DNA of 63,848 bases, filler included, from an uncultured Methanoregulaceae archaeon (GCA_964530035.1; 5 parts of 5 records of this genome joined end to end with filler, not necessarily neighbours in it), one strand, 5' to 3'. Counted from the first letter of the whole stretch, positions 51,690-62,277 are shown. A program made the numbers and translations. The notes: a model not told the origin generated them from the letters alone.

Positions 51690-53383
51690 TTTCGCCCAAA
51701 CCCACCATATTTCCGGATGAATCCCCTGACTTTTTCGGATTCCACCCAGCCCATGTCCATGCGGGTAATGAACTCGTCGATGATCTTTGCCTGTTCAATG
51801 ATCCTGTCCCTGAACTCTCCCCCCTGGAGGTCCGCGAGCCCGACGATCACGGTAAGGGGGTTTCTGATATGGTCCCCGATAATAGCAAACTGCTCGATGT
51901 TCTGCTCGATCTGGCGAAGAGACCTGCGTTCGATCTCCTCCCGCATCTTCTGCTCGGTGATGTCTCTTCCGATCGCCTGGAACTCTCCAAGGTTGCCGAC
52001 CGGGGAAAAGCGTGCCCGGTATGTCCAGCGTGTCCAGCGTGCATCCCCTGTGGACACTATGATCCGATGGTCTATCCGGGCTGATGGGATTTCTGGTGTC
52101 AGGCTGCCGATAATTGCGTTTACCTGAACCCGTTCTTCGTTCGGGATGAGTGAATAGAGTGAAAGTCCGGGCAATTCCTCAGCCTTTCTCCTCATGAGAG
52201 CGGAAAATGCGCTGTTGGCGAAGTTGATTGTCCCATCGGGAAGGTACCGTACGATAAGTTCGGTCTGGTCCTCGACGATTGCCCTGTACCGTGCTTCACT
52301 CACGGCGAGGGCGTCACGTGCCCTGACCTCATCAGTAACATCCCTGACAACCGCCACGGCCTGGTCAGTTCCCGACGGGACGATCCTTGCTTCAAAGACA
52401 CGTTCATGGCCACGTATGGGGAGGGAATATTCAATCTCCTGGTGCTTGTGGGTTTCGAAAAGGTCGTCAAGGGCTGTTGTCATTTTTTTGGCGAGAAAAC
52501 CCGGAAGGACCTCTGCATAATGCCTCCCTACGAAAGCGCCAGGGGGGAGGTAGAGATCAGCCGGTGACTGGGCATGATACCCAAGAAACGTACCTGACCT
52601 GTCAAGGGTCAGGACCAGGTCGGGGAGTGCTGAGAGTATGGCATTCTTTCGTGCCTCGCTTTCGGCGAGTTCCTTCTCCTTGGCGCAGAGAGCCGAAATA
52701 TCGGAAACCGTGAACACCATGCGCCGGTCACGCAGCACCCCGGTGGAGACGATGACCGGGAGAGACGTCCCATCCTTCTGTATCATGGTCGCCCGGTATT
52801 CATGTACGGACTCTCCCAACCCGATGCGGGTAAGGAACGGCGATCGTTCGGTTTCGTCAGGCCAAAGGTCAAGGAGGGAGAGGTTCTGGATTTCCTGCGG
52901 CTTGAAGCCGAATATCCGGGCTCCCCGTTCATTTGCTTCTTCGATGGTAAGCCGGAGCGCATCGCACCGGACAAGAAAAATACCTGCTTCTGAGCGCTCG
53001 AAGAGACCCCTATATCTGTTTTCGTTCGTCTTCAGGTCTCCGGACAGGATGGATATCAGGATACCGACCAGGACCAGACTGTAGAAATGGGCCGTACCGG
53101 CTGCAATGGAAAGACCGTCATTACCGGCCATCCCGTAGACCATCCCGAGGAAGACCATCCCAAGGACCACGGAAAAAAGGACAGACTGTTTTGGATAGCG
53201 GTAACCGGTGATTATTACAGGGATATAGAGAAGGGAGGGTGGGATGAGTGTTGTGCCGATGATGAGGCCCAGGATGTTGACAAGAATCGCAATTCCCGTC
53301 GAAATGAGAATAATCCAGAACCAAAGTTCATCGTTTGTCCGTACTCCGGACACCGTACTCAACAGCCTCGAAATATGCGCCAC
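51686..53383 (-). CDS. Membrane PAS(x3) sensor ending in a DHp-like helix, no HATPase domain
   Basis: About 4 TMs (LLYIPVI), three PAS domains, NIEQFAIIGDHIRNPL, stop about 50 aa later. Confidence 0.88.
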   Translation of the reverse strand: MAHISRLLSTVSGVRTNDELWFWIILISTGIAILVNILGLIIGTTLIPPSLLYIPVIITGYRYPKQSVLFSVVLGMVFLGMVYGMAGNDGLSIAAGTAHFYSLVLVGILISILSGDLKTNENRYRGLFERSEAGIFLVRCDALRLTIEEANERGARIFGFKPQEIQNLSLLDLWPDETERSPFLTRIGLGESVHEYRATMIQKDGTSLPVIVSTGVLRDRRMVFTVSDISALCAKEKELAESEARKNAILSALPDLVLTLDRSGTFLGYHAQSPADLYLPPGAFVGRHYAEVLPGFLAKKMTTALDDLFETHKHQEIEYSLPIRGHERVFEARIVPSGTDQAVAVVRDVTDEVRARDALAVSEARYRAIVEDQTELIVRYLPDGTINFANSAFSALMRRKAEELPGLSLYSLIPNEERVQVNAIIGSLTPEIPSARIDHRIIVSTGDARWTRWTYRARFSPVGNLGEFQAIGRDITEQKMREEIERRSLRQIEQNIEQFAIIGDHIRNPLTVIVGLADLQGGEFRDRIIEQAKIIDEFITRMDMGWVESEKVRGFIRKYGGFGRN

Positions 53384-53525
53384 CCTTCACCCTTGATAAA
53401 CAATCCGGTAGGATATGGATTAACCGTTACCCTTTTAAAGTCTTCCTGTCTCACCCGTTCGCTCAGCAATATGTGAACGTACTCATCCAATCGGGAATGA
53501 AAACACGATCAATTGCAGTTGTCCT

Positions 53526-54003
53526 CTATCCCAGGAATAAATGGCCTGCAAAAAAATCAAACGACCTGTTTTTCAAACGGCCGGTCTCGAATGAATAATA
53601 CCTGGTGAGATCAATCAGGAACGCTATCCGGGACCTGTACGACCGTGGCATGAGCCTGTTGAACTCCTCCTTCGTGATCTCGTCCGTCCCGGGAAGCTCA
53701 GGAATGCCCAGACGACCGGCGTCTTCCGGTCTCAGCCCGGCCAGGTACCAGGACTCGATCTCCCTGATAACAATAAATATCCTGCTCCATTCGGCATCAT
53801 CGAACCGCCCCCTGACAATTCCTTTTTTCACCTGCACCGTCGGCGCCTGGTCTATATCGGCAGCGATAATGTAATCATGACCCATCTTCCTGATGCCCTT
53901 GACGAACTCGGTTGCCTTTTCATGCTTCATGCAGGCATACATGACGATCTCAACGGACCGGTACCGGTGTTTCAGTCGTGGTTTAACAATTGAACGGAAA
54001 AAC
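53526..54003 (-). CDS. TOPRIM-like hypothetical protein (DUF4276/DUF4435-like), 5'-truncated
   Basis: Frame open to the contig end (FFRSIVKPRLK...); ADID and IREIESWYLAG motifs. Confidence 0.6.
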
Positions 54004-54103
54004 NNNNNNNNNNNNNNNNNNNNNNNNNNNNNNNNNNNNNNNNNNNNTTAATTAATTAANNNNNNNNNNNNNNNNNNNNNNNNNNNNNNNNNNNNNNNNN
54101 NNN
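54004..54103. other. Artificial contig linker
   Basis: N-TTAATTAATTAA-N. Confidence 0.97.
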
Positions 54104-54700
54104 CAGTTCCCTGGCCTCGTGGTATTCCGCCTCCCGTACGGAATCAGCCCACCCTGGGTCTTCGGCCACCATTTTTGCCGTGCTGCAGATATAACCGGCC
54201 CGGTACCCGGCGCTGCAGCTGCGGAGGTCGGACTCGCAGGACCTCGCCAGCGCCTCAGCATGCGGGAATGAAAAACCTCCGCCCGGGACAGGTTCGCCAA
54301 ACCTCCTGCAAATAAGTCCTATCCTCTTGGTAATAACCGGAATATTGGCGTTCGTGGCACAGATGAACGATATGAGACACTCCCACGGGTCCTGGTCGAG
54401 GATACGGGTCCCGCCGAACCTCCTGATGGCATCGTGCACCAGGGGGTCCCTGTCGATGGACCGATGGATCTTCGTGACGTCAAGGGACAGCCTGAGGTAC
54501 CGGTCCATTTCCCGCGGTCCAATTCCCCTGGCCCGCAAGGCCCGCCCGTGCTGGACAAGGTGGACCGTCCGGCCGTTGAGGACCCCTGTCCAGCCTTCGC
54601 CATCGCGGCACCACCGGAATGCCTGGCCGCAGGTGAGAGTGCCTTCAAGGTCAAAGGGCTGCCCTGCAGGGACCCTGACAACGGATTCAGTGGAGTTCAC
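54104..54700 (-). CDS. ogg: 8-oxoguanine DNA glycosylase (OGG1-type), 3'-truncated
   Basis: TLTCGQAFRW, RILDQDPWECLISFICA.N.NI, GYRAGYI. Confidence 0.9.
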
Positions 54701-54729
54701 GTTTCAGATCGTTTTCGTTTCCTGGAACT

Positions 54730-55131
54730 TCATGTACCCTGTGCGGGCATCAAAACCCGGTCGCCCGTGAGCCGGCGCAGGGCGGAAAGAACCGCCCCGA
54801 GAGGGTCAGGGCAGGAAGGGGTATGAGGAGGCCGGGAATCCGAACCCCTGGAAGTGACCTGGCGGTCCGGCGTACAGAGCGTCAGGTGCCAGTAGGTCGC
54901 CTGGCAGCAGCCATGTGCCGTCGGATATTCCGGGAGCCATGAAAAGACCTCCGCGGGAGCTATCGATGTAAAAAATGCCTCCCATTCACCAGGAGAAGGA
55001 CAGGAATATGTCCGGTCCGCAGGAAAGACACCCCCATTGGACGACTCAGAGATGAGGGTCCCGTCCTCAAGATGGACATAGAAGGAAGGGCCGTTGAAAC
55101 TCCCGTAATAGAACTCCAGTACGTCCGGCAT
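54730..55131 (-). CDS. Hypothetical protein
   Basis: Globular-looking ORF (FYYGSF.G, PS..EW..F, W.PEY, W.L, SRGS..P) co-oriented with ogg. Confidence 0.6.
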   Translation of the reverse strand: MPDVLEFYYGSFNGPSFYVHLEDGTLISESSNGGVFPADRTYSCPSPGEWEAFFTSIAPAEVFSWLPEYPTAHGCCQATYWHLTLCTPDRQVTSRGSDSRPPHTPSCPDPLGAVLSALRRLTGDRVLMPAQGT

Positions 55132-55230
55132 GGTCGCGGTGCCGGTCACACCTGGCGCCCCGCCCGTCATGGTGAACACTTTCACCCCGCGGGAGATAGC
55201 CTTTTGTCCGACCGGTGACGAGGCTTAACC

Positions 55231-55557
55231 ATGGAAATCTTGGATAACCTCCGCCAGTTCCTTGAGAACGGCGCCGACTGGGAGCGCAAACCCACTTCGG
55301 TAACCGGTGTTTCGATCATCAGGCTGCCCGCAAGCGGCAGGAGGTCGGCACGGCTCGCTGTGGAGATCAACCCCGTGGGAGAGTCAGGAAAACCTCTCAA
55401 GCGCCAGGGAGTCATCGTCATGAACTCAGGGGAAGGAGAGGCGTTTTCAAGCCTTTTTAACGAAGAAAAGGTCAGAAACCTGCTTGCCGCGATCGACTCC
55501 CTCTCTCCCGAAAACCCTGCCCAGAAGAAGGGTACGGGCGATGTCCTCCAGATCTGA
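55231..55557 (+). CDS. Hypothetical small protein
   Basis: FL.NG.DWERK.TS..GV.I.RLP...LAVEINPV...G.P.KR.G; coding-like composition. Confidence 0.75.
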   Translation: MEILDNLRQFLENGADWERKPTSVTGVSIIRLPASGRRSARLAVEINPVGESGKPLKRQGVIVMNSGEGEAFSSLFNEEKVRNLLAAIDSLSPENPAQKKGTGDVLQI

Positions 55558-55699
55558 CCCCCCGCTGTGAGAGGCAGTCGAAAAGCGATTGTCCCTTCAC
55601 ATGCGTTTTTTTGAGATCCATCGGGGGGACACCCGAATCCGTGGGATTTTATACTTCTGCCGTCCGATCCTGCACCATAGACAGACCCCTGCCCCCGAG

Positions 55700-57178
55700 G
55701 TGGTTACCCTGCTTGAACAGTACGACGAAGGCCCGGTCATTGATGAAAAGGAGTATAAACGCAGGATTTCACCGCTGCAGAACCGTCTGGGCGAGCTCCA
55801 GCGGGCGTGCCGCGATGACGGCCTCCCGGTCGTCGTTGTGATAGAGGGCTGGAACGCTTCCGGTATCACCCATGTGACCAACGAGCTCGTCCAGTTCCTT
55901 GACCCCCGTGGCTTCGAAGTGGTATCGAGCGGCCGGCCGACCTACGAGGAGGAGTTGCGGCCGCTCCTCTGGCGATTCTGGAAAGCCGTCCCGTCCCGGG
56001 GGAGGATCACCCTGTTTGCACGGTCCTGGTACAGCCGTGCCCTTGCCGAGAGGGTGAACGGGATTGGGTGGAAGGACGAGGTGAAACGGTATACTGCCCA
56101 GATGCGTCATTTCGAGCGCCAGCTCACTGATGACGGGATGCTCATCCTCAAGTTATTTTTCCACATCACCAAGGGGGAACAGGAGAAAAGGATGATCGAA
56201 CGTGAGTATGATTTCCTCCGCTCCTGGACCGTCACCCGCGGTGACTGGGACTTTCACCGCCACTATGACCAGTACAAACCCATCATCGAGGACTTTATAC
56301 GGGAGACTGACCGGGACAACGCGCCATGGACCATTATCAGCGCGAAGGACCTGCGTCATACCACCCTGTCGGTTTATGAAAAGGTTATCGGGGAGCTCGA
56401 AAAAGCCTTGAAAAAGGCTGGGAAGGAGAAAAAAATGGTCTTTGATGGCCGTTTCAAACCGCGGAAAAAATCAGCAATCCGCGACGTGGACCTCTCGCTT
56501 TCCCTCTCCCGCGACGAGTATGACACGCTCCTTCCGAAGCTGCAGCAGCAGATTTATGAACGGCACTACCTCCTCTATAAGCGAAGGATACCCCTGGTCA
56601 TCGTGTTTGAAGGCTGGGACGCCGCCGGGAAGGGCGGTACCATAATGCGCCTTGTCAGGTGGATGAACCCGAGGGGGTACCGGGTGGCCCCGGTGGGGAG
56701 CCCGAGTGCGACCGAGAAATCGTACCCGTTCCTCTGGAGGTTTTATCAGGACTTCCCGAAAGAAGGGCATATCACCGTCTTTGACCGCTCATGGTACGGC
56801 CGGGTGCTCGTCGAGCGCGTGGAGGGCTTTTGCATGAAGGACGAGTGGCAGCGGGCGTACCGCGAGATAAACGAGATGGAAGAGACCTTTGTCGACCATG
56901 GCGGGGGCATCGTCAAGTTCTGGCTGGAAATTGACAACGAGACCCAGCTCGAGCGGTTCAGGCAGCGCGAGGGGGACCCGAGGAAACAGTGGAAAATTAC
57001 CTCAGAGGACTGGCGGAACCGGGACCGCTGGGACCAGTACGAGATAGCCGTTGACGACATGCTCGACAATACGAGCACGAAAAAGGCGCCATGGACGGTC
57101 ATCGAGTCCCGGGACAAGCTCCATGCCCGCATCAAGACCCTGCAGTGCGTGATATCGGCTATTGACAACCTCATGTAG
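55700..57178 (+). CDS. ppk2: Two-domain polyphosphate kinase 2 (polyP:AMP phosphotransferase-like)
   Basis: C-domain FEGWDAAGKGG, FDRSWYGRVLVERV; N-domain degenerate EGWNASGI, FARSWY. Confidence 0.93.
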   Translation: MVTLLEQYDEGPVIDEKEYKRRISPLQNRLGELQRACRDDGLPVVVVIEGWNASGITHVTNELVQFLDPRGFEVVSSGRPTYEEELRPLLWRFWKAVPSRGRITLFARSWYSRALAERVNGIGWKDEVKRYTAQMRHFERQLTDDGMLILKLFFHITKGEQEKRMIEREYDFLRSWTVTRGDWDFHRHYDQYKPIIEDFIRETDRDNAPWTIISAKDLRHTTLSVYEKVIGELEKALKKAGKEKKMVFDGRFKPRKKSAIRDVDLSLSLSRDEYDTLLPKLQQQIYERHYLLYKRRIPLVIVFEGWDAAGKGGTIMRLVRWMNPRGYRVAPVGSPSATEKSYPFLWRFYQDFPKEGHITVFDRSWYGRVLVERVEGFCMKDEWQRAYREINEMEETFVDHGGGIVKFWLEIDNETQLERFRQREGDPRKQWKITSEDWRNRDRWDQYEIAVDDMLDNTSTKKAPWTVIESRDKLHARIKTLQCVISAIDNLM

Positions 57179-57373
57179 GGTGTCAGGACAATAGAGACAG
57201 GTCAGGGGCAGCGGTTTGAAGAGAGAGGCTTTCTCTCTGCTTTGGTACCAGGCAGCCCCCTCATGGATGGTGGCCGTGACCTGGTGACCTCCAGGCCCGC
57301 TTCACCGGGGAGGAATGGTTGTTCCGAAACGAAGTAATCCCTGTACTACCAACCTTTCCTGAACTGACCCCCC

Positions 57374-58591
57374 ATGCAGCTCAAGCCTTGCAGGAAAGCC
57401 TACCGCAACGAGACCCAGAGGGCGGTGTCGCCTGAGGAGACCCTTTCCCGCGTAGAACCGAAGGCGGCGGAGAGTGGCATCACCCGTATCGCCGATATCA
57501 CCAACCTTGACCGTATAGGGATCCCGGTCTTCTCCTGCATGAGGCCAACCGCTCTTGAAGGTGCGATCTCGGTCTACAACGGGAAAGGAGCAACCCCGGT
57601 CGAGGCACGGGTATCCGCCGTGATGGAAGGGATCGAGCGATTTTCTGCCGAGCCTGGCGGGAGAAAAACGGAATTCGGGACGTATGGCGAGATAGCCGGC
57701 TCACACATGGCGGTCTTCCCCGGTGACCTGGTACTTCCGGAAAATGCCGACCCCGACCGCCCCCTCCCTTGGTTCCCGGCTTTTGACCTGGTATCAGGCC
57801 TTGACATGATGGTCCCGGCCCATGCGGTCTTCCACCCTGCCGCACGGTCATTCGGGCCGTTCTTCAGGACCAACACGAACGGGATCGCATCTGGGAACAC
57901 ACTCGAGGAAGCGGTCTTCCACGCTCTCGCTGAGGTCATCGAGCGTGACGCATGGTCACTCGCCGAGGTGACCCGGAACACCGGCCCGCAGGTTACCGGT
58001 GTCCAGGGGGGACTTGCAGAGGAGCTCCTCGGGAAATTCGCTGCCGCAGGTGTCAACGTGGTCCTCCGAAATATTACGAGCGACCTCGGTATCCCGACCA
58101 TCGCCGCGGCAGCCGACGATCCCGTCCTCAAGGACCCGGCGCTCCTGACCATCGGGATGGGGACACACACCAATGCCGGGATCGCCGTCCTGCGTGCACT
58201 GACCGAGGTCGCGCAGAGCCGGCTGACCCAGATCCACGGGGCACGGGAGGACACGACCGAGGCGAATTTCAGGCGGCAGATCGGGTATGACCGGGTGAAA
58301 CGCCTGAACCGGTACTGGTACGAGGCGCAGGAGGAGGTTGCCTTCCAGGACATCCACTCCTGTGACACCGATGATTTCCTCGAGGATATCAATGAAATCT
58401 GCAACAGGCTTGCCTCGGCGGGGATGGACCGGGTGCTCGTCGCCGACCTGACCCGCGACGGGGTCGGGGTCCCGGTCGTGCGGGTCATCGTACCTGGACT
58501 CGAGGTCTATGCGATGGACCAGGAACGCCTGGGGAAAAGGTGCAGGGATGCCAGAAGTCGTCGTGTTCCTCGGACCAAGCCTGCGGCGTGA
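57374..58591 (+). CDS. ycaO: YcaO McrA-glycine thioamidation enzyme
   Basis: GITRIADIT.LDR.GIPV, YNGKG, MEGIER, TNGIASGN, EVIERDA, EVAQSR..QIHGARED, VRVIVPGLE. Confidence 0.95.
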   Translation: MQLKPCRKAYRNETQRAVSPEETLSRVEPKAAESGITRIADITNLDRIGIPVFSCMRPTALEGAISVYNGKGATPVEARVSAVMEGIERFSAEPGGRKTEFGTYGEIAGSHMAVFPGDLVLPENADPDRPLPWFPAFDLVSGLDMMVPAHAVFHPAARSFGPFFRTNTNGIASGNTLEEAVFHALAEVIERDAWSLAEVTRNTGPQVTGVQGGLAEELLGKFAAAGVNVVLRNITSDLGIPTIAAAADDPVLKDPALLTIGMGTHTNAGIAVLRALTEVAQSRLTQIHGAREDTTEANFRRQIGYDRVKRLNRYWYEAQEEVAFQDIHSCDTDDFLEDINEICNRLASAGMDRVLVADLTRDGVGVPVVRVIVPGLEVYAMDQERLGKRCRDARSRRVPRTKPAA

Positions 58592-59210
58592 AGACGCAGA
58601 GCGGGTCCTTGCTGCCGATTACCGGCCCCCGGCGGCCCGGGGGGACATACCCCGTGCGGTCGCTGACGGCGCGAGGGTCATCGGGCTTATCGACGGTGTT
58701 TTTTTCCAGGACTGCTCGGTCGGCCACCGCGAGATCCTTGCGGCACTCCGTCAGGGTGTCAGGGTTGTCGGGGCCTCCAGCATGGGAGCGCTCCGCGCCT
58801 CCGAGATGGACGGACTTGGCATGGAAGGTGTCGGAGAGGTGTACCGGAGGTACCGGAGCGGTGAGATCGTGGCTGATGACGAGGTCGCACTGGTCTACGA
58901 CCCGGAAAGCGGCCTTTCCCTTTCAGAACCGCTCGTGAACATAAGGTATGCTGTGGAGATGGCAGAAGCCGAAGGGATCATATCCCCCGAGTCCGGGTGC
59001 GCCATCATCGCCGCGGCTGAAGCGATGTACTACCCTGACAGGACCTATGCCCGTATCTGCGCACGGGCCGGTGAAGGTACCGCCCAAGGCCCTGTCGAGG
59101 ACTTTTTTGCTTTCGTCCGTTCGAGGCGGCCGGACATCAAGCGCGAGGACGCGCTGCTGGCGCTCTCCCGTATCGCTGAACTTGCCCGAGACCTTGAAGA
59201 CAGTCCCTGA
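58548..59210 (+). CDS. tfuA: TfuA thioamidation partner protein
   Basis: VFLGPSL, PPA.RGD, IDGVF, HREIL, GASSMGALRASE, DDEVAL, LVNIR, DIKREDA. Confidence 0.95.
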   Translation: MPEVVVFLGPSLRREDAERVLAADYRPPAARGDIPRAVADGARVIGLIDGVFFQDCSVGHREILAALRQGVRVVGASSMGALRASEMDGLGMEGVGEVYRRYRSGEIVADDEVALVYDPESGLSLSEPLVNIRYAVEMAEAEGIISPESGCAIIAAAEAMYYPDRTYARICARAGEGTAQGPVEDFFAFVRSRRPDIKREDALLALSRIAELARDLEDSP

Positions 59211-60553
59211 TCCGTGAGTGGACCGGGGGTCAGGGGGTCCTTCTATGACCCGGGAGTCTCTTCTCCGGGTGTTGCAGGGCGGTCACAAAAAAGAGGGTAT
59301 CGGGGGGTATCGTGCCAGGGACGGTGGTGTCCCCGGTGACCGCGGGGAAGTCACTCCCGCGTCCGTGTGTGCTGACGAGTATTCCAGAGAGTGGAGGCCG
59401 GTTCCCGTCCCGGAATGACCGGGAAACCGCGGAGGAGATGGACGTTCCGGGCCGCAGAATGATGCGAATGGCGTCTTTTGGGATATTTTCTGGCCGGGTC
59501 CGCCCCGGCCGGGTCAAGGGTCGTGCAATACATATGGTGGTGACCGGCAGGCTCTTCCGGGTTGGGGCACCTGTCGTCAACCGGTTGCGCCCGGGTTGCA
59601 GTGAGGCATTTCATGGCAGAGCCGGATTCCGGCGGGAAGCCGGAGCGTGCAGGTGCAGGGCGGTACCGGGGTCCTCGTGACAGGACCGGTGCCATGGGAA
59701 CAGGCTGTGCCGGGCAGGAGCCCCCGGTCGGGTCTGCCGGCTCTGCGGTGGATGACGTCCCGGACCGGCCGTGTCCGGTCTCCGGCGCCGTCCGGGTGAA
59801 GGGGGTTGGAGGCGTCCGGTTTCCGGTCTGGCCGGTCATGGCATGTCCGCAGGCGGGGATACACCCCCCCATGCCATGGTGATAGGACATCATACAGACC
59901 TGGTCCCTTTAACTCACCATCCCTGGTCCAGGAATGGCTAATCGTTATATTGACCCGGCAGGGAATAAAGGAAGCGTTGAGTGAAAGAAAAATTGCAGTC
60001 TTCAAGGGCATGAAATTCATAACCGGACGATTATATTCGTTTTAGTCCTGGTCCCTATCTCCGGTGGGACAGGTGCCCGGCCGGGCAGGCTCTTCTCTTC
60101 CGGGACCCTGGAATTATAGGCTGAACCTTTGAAACAGGGCCGTTGTCCTGCCTATGACCCTGTGCCGGTCCTGGTAAGGACGGACCTCCAGGTCGCCACA
60201 CTGGAATGCCAGGGGGTCCCCGGCACGTGCGGGGCGGTCGACAGATAGAGTGGCATCCCGGGGAAGTTTCCAGCCCCGATGGTGGCATTATACAAGGGAC
60301 CATCAGGTTCACTCCATTCCGTGGATGAGGTGCCATGAGATTTCCGGCCTGTGGTCACTCCGGGAGGCCTGTCTGCTTGACCCTTCATGTCCCGTCCAGG
60401 TGGAAAGAGCAACTGACGGGAGCCTTCCTGGTGAACAGCGGGACCGGAAACGGAAGGGCTCAGGTCAATGGAGTCATGAAGCCCCGGAAGTCCCGGAGCC
60501 GGAAAAAGGAAAAAAAGAAGGCTGGAGGTGGGGGTTTGAAAGGGAAATGGGGA

Positions 60554-61270
60554 TTATTTTATCTTTGCTACCGGGGTTATGACGAAGACCGATACCGCCT
60601 GGGGCCCGGTCATCATGCCGCTTCCGCTCTTGCATTTGCTGCTTAAGGCCTGACCCTTCACGAAGCGGACGGTGGCGCCGTTTCCGGTCTTGTCCTTGTA
60701 GGTCATGCTTGCCCCGGGTTTTAACACCTTGGACATGACCTTCTTCCCGTCCTTCGTCAGGGTGATGCCGGCCGAGAGCGCCGGGGCGACAGTCCCCATG
60801 GAGGTGTTGTACTTTTTACAGTCCGGGGTCGTCGTGCAGGAGATCGTGAGGTTGCCCGGCAGGAGGGCCGCAAATCCTTCCTGCGGTTCACCGATGATTG
60901 CCTGGACGACCGCGGTCTTTTCAGAGGTATTGACCTTTGCGACCGTGATCCAGGGACCGTTGTCTCCGCCGAGGTTCACGGCACGGACCGTGTCGCCCTT
61001 CCTTATGAGGGTGAACACGGCCTTGTCAGGGACGGTGCCGGTCTGCGATACGGGTGTGATCGGGTTCCAGGACGCAACCGCGCCAGATTCCGTGTAGTCG
61101 ATGCCGTACCTGGCGGTCGCATCGATGGTCATGGTACCGGCGGCCGGGTTCAGGCCGGTGACGGTCCCGGTGTATGCGGTCTCCAGGATGACGGCGGAGA
61201 CCGGGCAGCAGGTGAGTGCCAGTGCGGCACATACCAGGGCGCAGCAGGCGATGATGTGTGTTCCGTTCAT
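60554..61270 (-). CDS. Exported hypothetical protein
   Basis: Signal peptide (CCPVSA), beta-rich, several Cys; T-rich terminator-like tract downstream (about 60503-60518 on the minus strand). Confidence 0.8.
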   Translation of the reverse strand: MNGTHIIACCALVCAALALTCCPVSAVILETAYTGTVTGLNPAAGTMTIDATARYGIDYTESGAVASWNPITPVSQTGTVPDKAVFTLIRKGDTVRAVNLGGDNGPWITVAKVNTSEKTAVVQAIIGEPQEGFAALLPGNLTISCTTTPDCKKYNTSMGTVAPALSAGITLTKDGKKVMSKVLKPGASMTYKDKTGNGATVRFVKGQALSSKCKSGSGMMTGPQAVSVFVITPVAKIK

Positions 61271-61560
61271 GGTATATCTCTTCCCTTGTCCCATTCCCTG
61301 TCGGGAGTGGCTGAACAGAATTGGACTCTCTCCCGGATAAACCAGATGTTGAGTGAGAGTTTTTTTTCACTCATAACGCCTTCGATCAGGAAAAAATGCC
61401 ATATAATTCCTTTTTGGTCACCCGGCACAGCCGGGCCGGGACGGAGGTGGCGCACACCGGAAGGGAAACCCCGGCATTCAAGAGCAATGAAGGCCCACGG
61501 GAAAGGTGTGGTCCATGACAGGAGGGCTTTTCCATACCTCGTAACGGGTGTGCCTGGGCC

Positions 61561-62277
61561 ATGCTTCCGGGGTTAAAGGAAGGAAAACGCCAGTTCAGGC
61601 GGGAGACCGCGGTGCTCTATGGTCTGGTGTTTCTGGCAGTCCCTGTTGCCATTGCGCTTGTCACCCTGCCGTCAGGTGTCGCAGTCAGCAACGCTGCCCA
61701 GACCGTTTCCGCCCTCGTATCAGCACTCGTCGCTGCAGCCTGGCTTGCCCGCCCCCCGCACAGGACGGTCCACGCACTGGCGGCCCTCGGGTGCGCCGGG
61801 TGGGCGCTTTCCAACCTTCTCTGGTACGCTGCGTTCATGGCCGTCGGCACGGACCTCGTCCCCGGGGTGGCTGATGCGGGATTCCTTGGATTTTTCTTTT
61901 TCCTCGCAGCCATGCTGGTTGTTTCTGTGGGCCGGGGCGTCCCGCCCGCCAGGGTGTACCAGCTGACGGCGGCGGTCCTCGCCGGCACCCTTGCCCTCGT
62001 GCTCCTCGTAGCGTTCACGGGAGACCCGCTGCTGTACGTCCTCCTGTACCTCATCCCTGCGGTCGCCTGTTCGGCAGGTGCGGTCCGGTCCAGGGACCGG
62101 GCACCCGTCTTCGCACTGGGCACCGTCCTGTACTGCATCGCGATGGCAGGAAACGCGGTCCGCGAGGCCTGGGCCCTCACGTCACCGCTGGCGTTCCTGA
62201 ACGGACCGGTCGTCATGGCGGCGTTCCCCCTCGTTGTTATCGGAGCAGCGGCACTCGCCCGGGGGGGTGAAGCATGA
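61561..62277 (+). CDS. Polytopic membrane protein, MASE-like sensor domain
   Basis: About 7-8 TMs; W..SN.LW...PGVADAGFLGF motif. Confidence 0.7.
   Translation: MLPGLKEGKRQFRRETAVLYGLVFLAVPVAIALVTLPSGVAVSNAAQTVSALVSALVAAAWLARPPHRTVHALAALGCAGWALSNLLWYAAFMAVGTDLVPGVADAGFLGFFFFLAAMLVVSVGRGVPPARVYQLTAAVLAGTLALVLLVAFTGDPLLYVLLYLIPAVACSAGAVRSRDRAPVFALGTVLYCIAMAGNAVREAWALTSPLAFLNGPVVMAAFPLVVIGAAALARGGEA

Noticed and set aside
13800..54103. Four identical TTAATTAATTAA palindromes spaced about 13 kb apart
   Set aside because: They are embedded in Ns as six-frame stop linkers between length-sorted contigs, so they are not biological.
55700..56420. Degenerate P-loop in the PPK2 N-terminal domain
   Set aside because: An inactive N-terminal domain is already known for two-domain class II PPK2 enzymes.
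57374..59210. YcaO-TfuA as a novel thioamitide RiPP cluster
   Set aside because: It matches the conserved methanogen pair that thioamidates McrA glycine; no precursor peptide or tailoring genes are seen nearby.
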